36,856 nucleotides of DNA, taken from the NCBI GenBank assembly GCA_032718475.1, contig JAUCBJ010002193.1, positions 1-36,856 of the forward strand. Reading direction: 5' to 3'. The position numbers were made by a program, and so were the translations under genes. This DNA comes from Nemertoderma westbladi (lineage: Eukaryota; Animalia; Xenacoelomorpha). The first letter of the stretch is position 1, and every line of letters begins with the position of its first letter. A model generated the notes under the pieces. The model did not search any database. It saw only the letters and a list, made by a program, of their open reading frames with translations, and was not told the DNA's origin. Below, one piece after another: positions 34,430-36,856 of this stretch.

Positions 34430-34745
34430 AGCTTTATGGTACCAGTAATAACTTATACAAGCAATACACAACAGTACTTAATGAATGGGGGATTCGTATA
34501 GGCTCATTAATCCAAGGAATGCCGGTTCACCACCATGGGTGATCTTCCACAGTAAACCCTTCCACTCTGTTTCCCAAGTTGCTTTGGTTCCCATTTATCG
34601 ACCACTGAAGGATGAAAGCCGGGGTTGGGCTAGGCTGCAGCATTTAAAGCACTGTGCCCAAACAGTGCTGACCCATCTAGGGATCGAAGTAGGGCTTCCT
34701 AATTGGAAGCCCATGAATGTCACCAATAGACCAAGCTGCTGATTG
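34430..34745 (-). mobile_element. tRNA-derived SINE-like element
   Basis: On -: A-box-like TGGTCTATTGG, B-box-like CTTCGATCCC, then GGCTTTCATCCTTCAGTGGTCGATAAATGGGAACC, resembling the central domain of Sauria/Meta-type SINEs as recalled. 3' segment repeated at 12595-12655. Confidence 0.6.
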
Positions 34746-34929
34746 ATCCAGTGGAGAAGATCCATTGCCTACAATTTTCACTTTTCATAATTTGCCCCCC
34801 TTCAAATTCGTCTTTTGGCACATTTTTTGGTTTTCTAAACAAAATTAAGATTTTTAAAGGAAAATATTAGATTTGTTTATACTAAACTTGTATATTTATC
34901 CAAGGTTATCACATATATTACATTGACTG

Positions 34930-36500
34930 CCGATCCAGTGGGGGGTGATGCAAGAACTCTGGTGTGCACTCCACACTCACTATGAGGCCCACAGTTCCCG
35001 CCTCTGGGTGGCCATCGCAGGGATGGTGCAACCCCTAGCCAACACTATCGTCCCCTGGGTCGAAATCCGAGCCCTATGTGCCTGCCACACAAGAATGCGA
35101 CTGATAGGCATTGAAGAGGTCCTCTGTTGGCACCTCACTAATTGCCTCACGGCAGCAATGACGGTCGATGTTGGATGGACCATGAAGGCAGGCATTGAGG
35201 GACCAATCCACACCATGTCCGAGCTGGGTAACAACAACACTGGAGCAGTGACAGACTCTACATTCAGCATAGCCACCTCTCACCATCACTGAGTAGGATC
35301 CAGACCAACCCTTCACATCACAGCATTCTGAACCTGCACGCACCCACACTCCTGGTACGTGGACAACGCCGTTTCGGCTGGCTGCCACCTGGTGGTGAAG
35401 GTATATATGGACATGCTGCTCCACAAAAGACCACAGATTGGCTAAATACCTGAGACCACCAAGAGCTAAGGTGGTGAAGCCCGAATTCGAGCACATGGCT
35501 CACGAAATATTTGGCTCATCCGGGGTCCAGATGGTCTCAGGGTCTCAGGGCGCCGCTTCCTGTGTGGCTATGTCAGTGACAGTTCGTGGCAGAGAAGGTG
35601 TGAGGGTGCGTCTCCAGCAGCAACCGCATGGATAGCTGAAGTGGCCAAAAAGTACCCCCATACAGCCCACCTCAGAATGACCCGCTGCATCCAGGTGGAG
35701 TTGGTCTACCTGCTCTGCGTGGTTGACACTACCGATGAAGAATTGGCCGGCATTGAATCCGCTCTGCATTCACAGCGAAGTACATCCCGATGTTTGTTGG
35801 GAATCTCCTCAGCACAGTGGATGAGGGGCTGCTACTCCTCGCAGTTCCCCATGGGGTACGCCCTGATGCAGAGGCTATATGCACGAGAGGACTGCCAGAC
35901 TGGATCTGTTGGAGTAATCAATACCCTGATTACTGGGCACCCAATCCAAGTGGCAGACCATGATGCCTGCCTCGCCTCTGCTCTCACTGAATGCTGAATA
36001 CGAGATCAAGCTGCAGGAAGCCTTCCCACAAGTCCTCACAGCATGGTGAAGAGGAGCACACTGTGTCCCACAAAACAGGTGGTCTGCGCATCCATCTCTG
36101 GCCGACCACATTGACCTAGATCCCAAAGAATTCCAGGACAACCTAATGCTACACTATGGTCTCACGCCGCCCGGTCTCCTGTCGAGCAAGGGTTGTGGAG
36201 CTCCTTTTACCACCACCCAGATGCCCTCAACTGCAAACACACTAATCATCAAGAGACATAATGAGTTGTGTGAGGTATTCGAGGAACTTATCTTGTCCCC
36301 ATTAGGAGTTAGGGGGATCCTGCATCCAGCTAGAGGAGACCCTCTGCTCCAGGTACCTGCACAGCGACGGCCGTGAGGGGGGAGGGATATGGGCAGATCT
36401 TCTGGCTAGGGGAGTCTGGGTCAATCGGAGGGTGGCATCATTTGATAGTTTTTGTAGTGGTTTTTAACGCCGATGCCCCCTCATACATTAACAGAGCCGT
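34930..36500 (+). mobile_element. Older, heavily decayed CRE-clade non-LTR retrotransposon fragment (RT to RLE)
   Basis: Remnants RLIGIEEVL, KAGIEGPIH, WYVDNA, KYPHTAH, IIKRHNEL, ADLLARGVWVN, VFNADAPSY, collinear with the 15.2-16.7 kb copy; many frameshifts. Confidence 0.8.
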
Positions 36501-36856
36501 CAACTACATCCTAATATTATAGTAATATTGGTTGTGCAACTGCAACTGTAAATCAATTATTATTGCTATTGTATTCAATATATTGTCAATATATATACTA
36601 TATATTTATCCAATAATAACAACACCATAAATATACCCAGTCTACCTATGTACAGTAAATTCGATCTGTTTAGTTTAAACTTGTATATTTATCCAATAAA
36701 AATAATACCAAAGGAAACATTTAATTTATAGTTTTGTTATTATTTTCAATTATACGTCGATAATAATTACTTTATTTAATTAAATCATGTGCAGGCCTAT
36801 AATTGGTGTATACTGTATTACACAAAACGATACCAGTGGAATGGCTGGCTACTAGA

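Overview
Eukaryotic (animal-like), repeat-dense genomic window; there is no prokaryotic gene organisation and most ORFs in the supplied track are artefacts of repeats. The only clear host gene is a spliced + strand beta/gamma-crystallin-domain gene, of which three coding exons can be read (18093-18206, 31774-31947, 32117-32225). The ORF track missed it and its upstream exons were not found. The rest is nested transposable elements. There are two BEL/Pao LTR retroelements that encode Gag+protease but lack RT/RNase H/integrase. One is complete, with paired LTRs, a PPT and a 5-bp TSD, and sits inside a foldback element; the other is split by a young RTE LINE. Also present are three CRE-clade (restriction-like endonuclease) non-LTR pieces, an internally deleted CR1-type LINE, SINE/tRNA-like pieces, MITEs, several satellites, and an intronless C2H2-finger/acidic ORF of unknown origin. 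The most notable observation is that the complete BEL element has no tRNA-type primer-binding site. The bases just after its 5' LTR are instead complementary to a segment inside the LTR and are flanked by U5 hairpins, resembling Tf1-type self-priming. All calls are by eye, without database searches.
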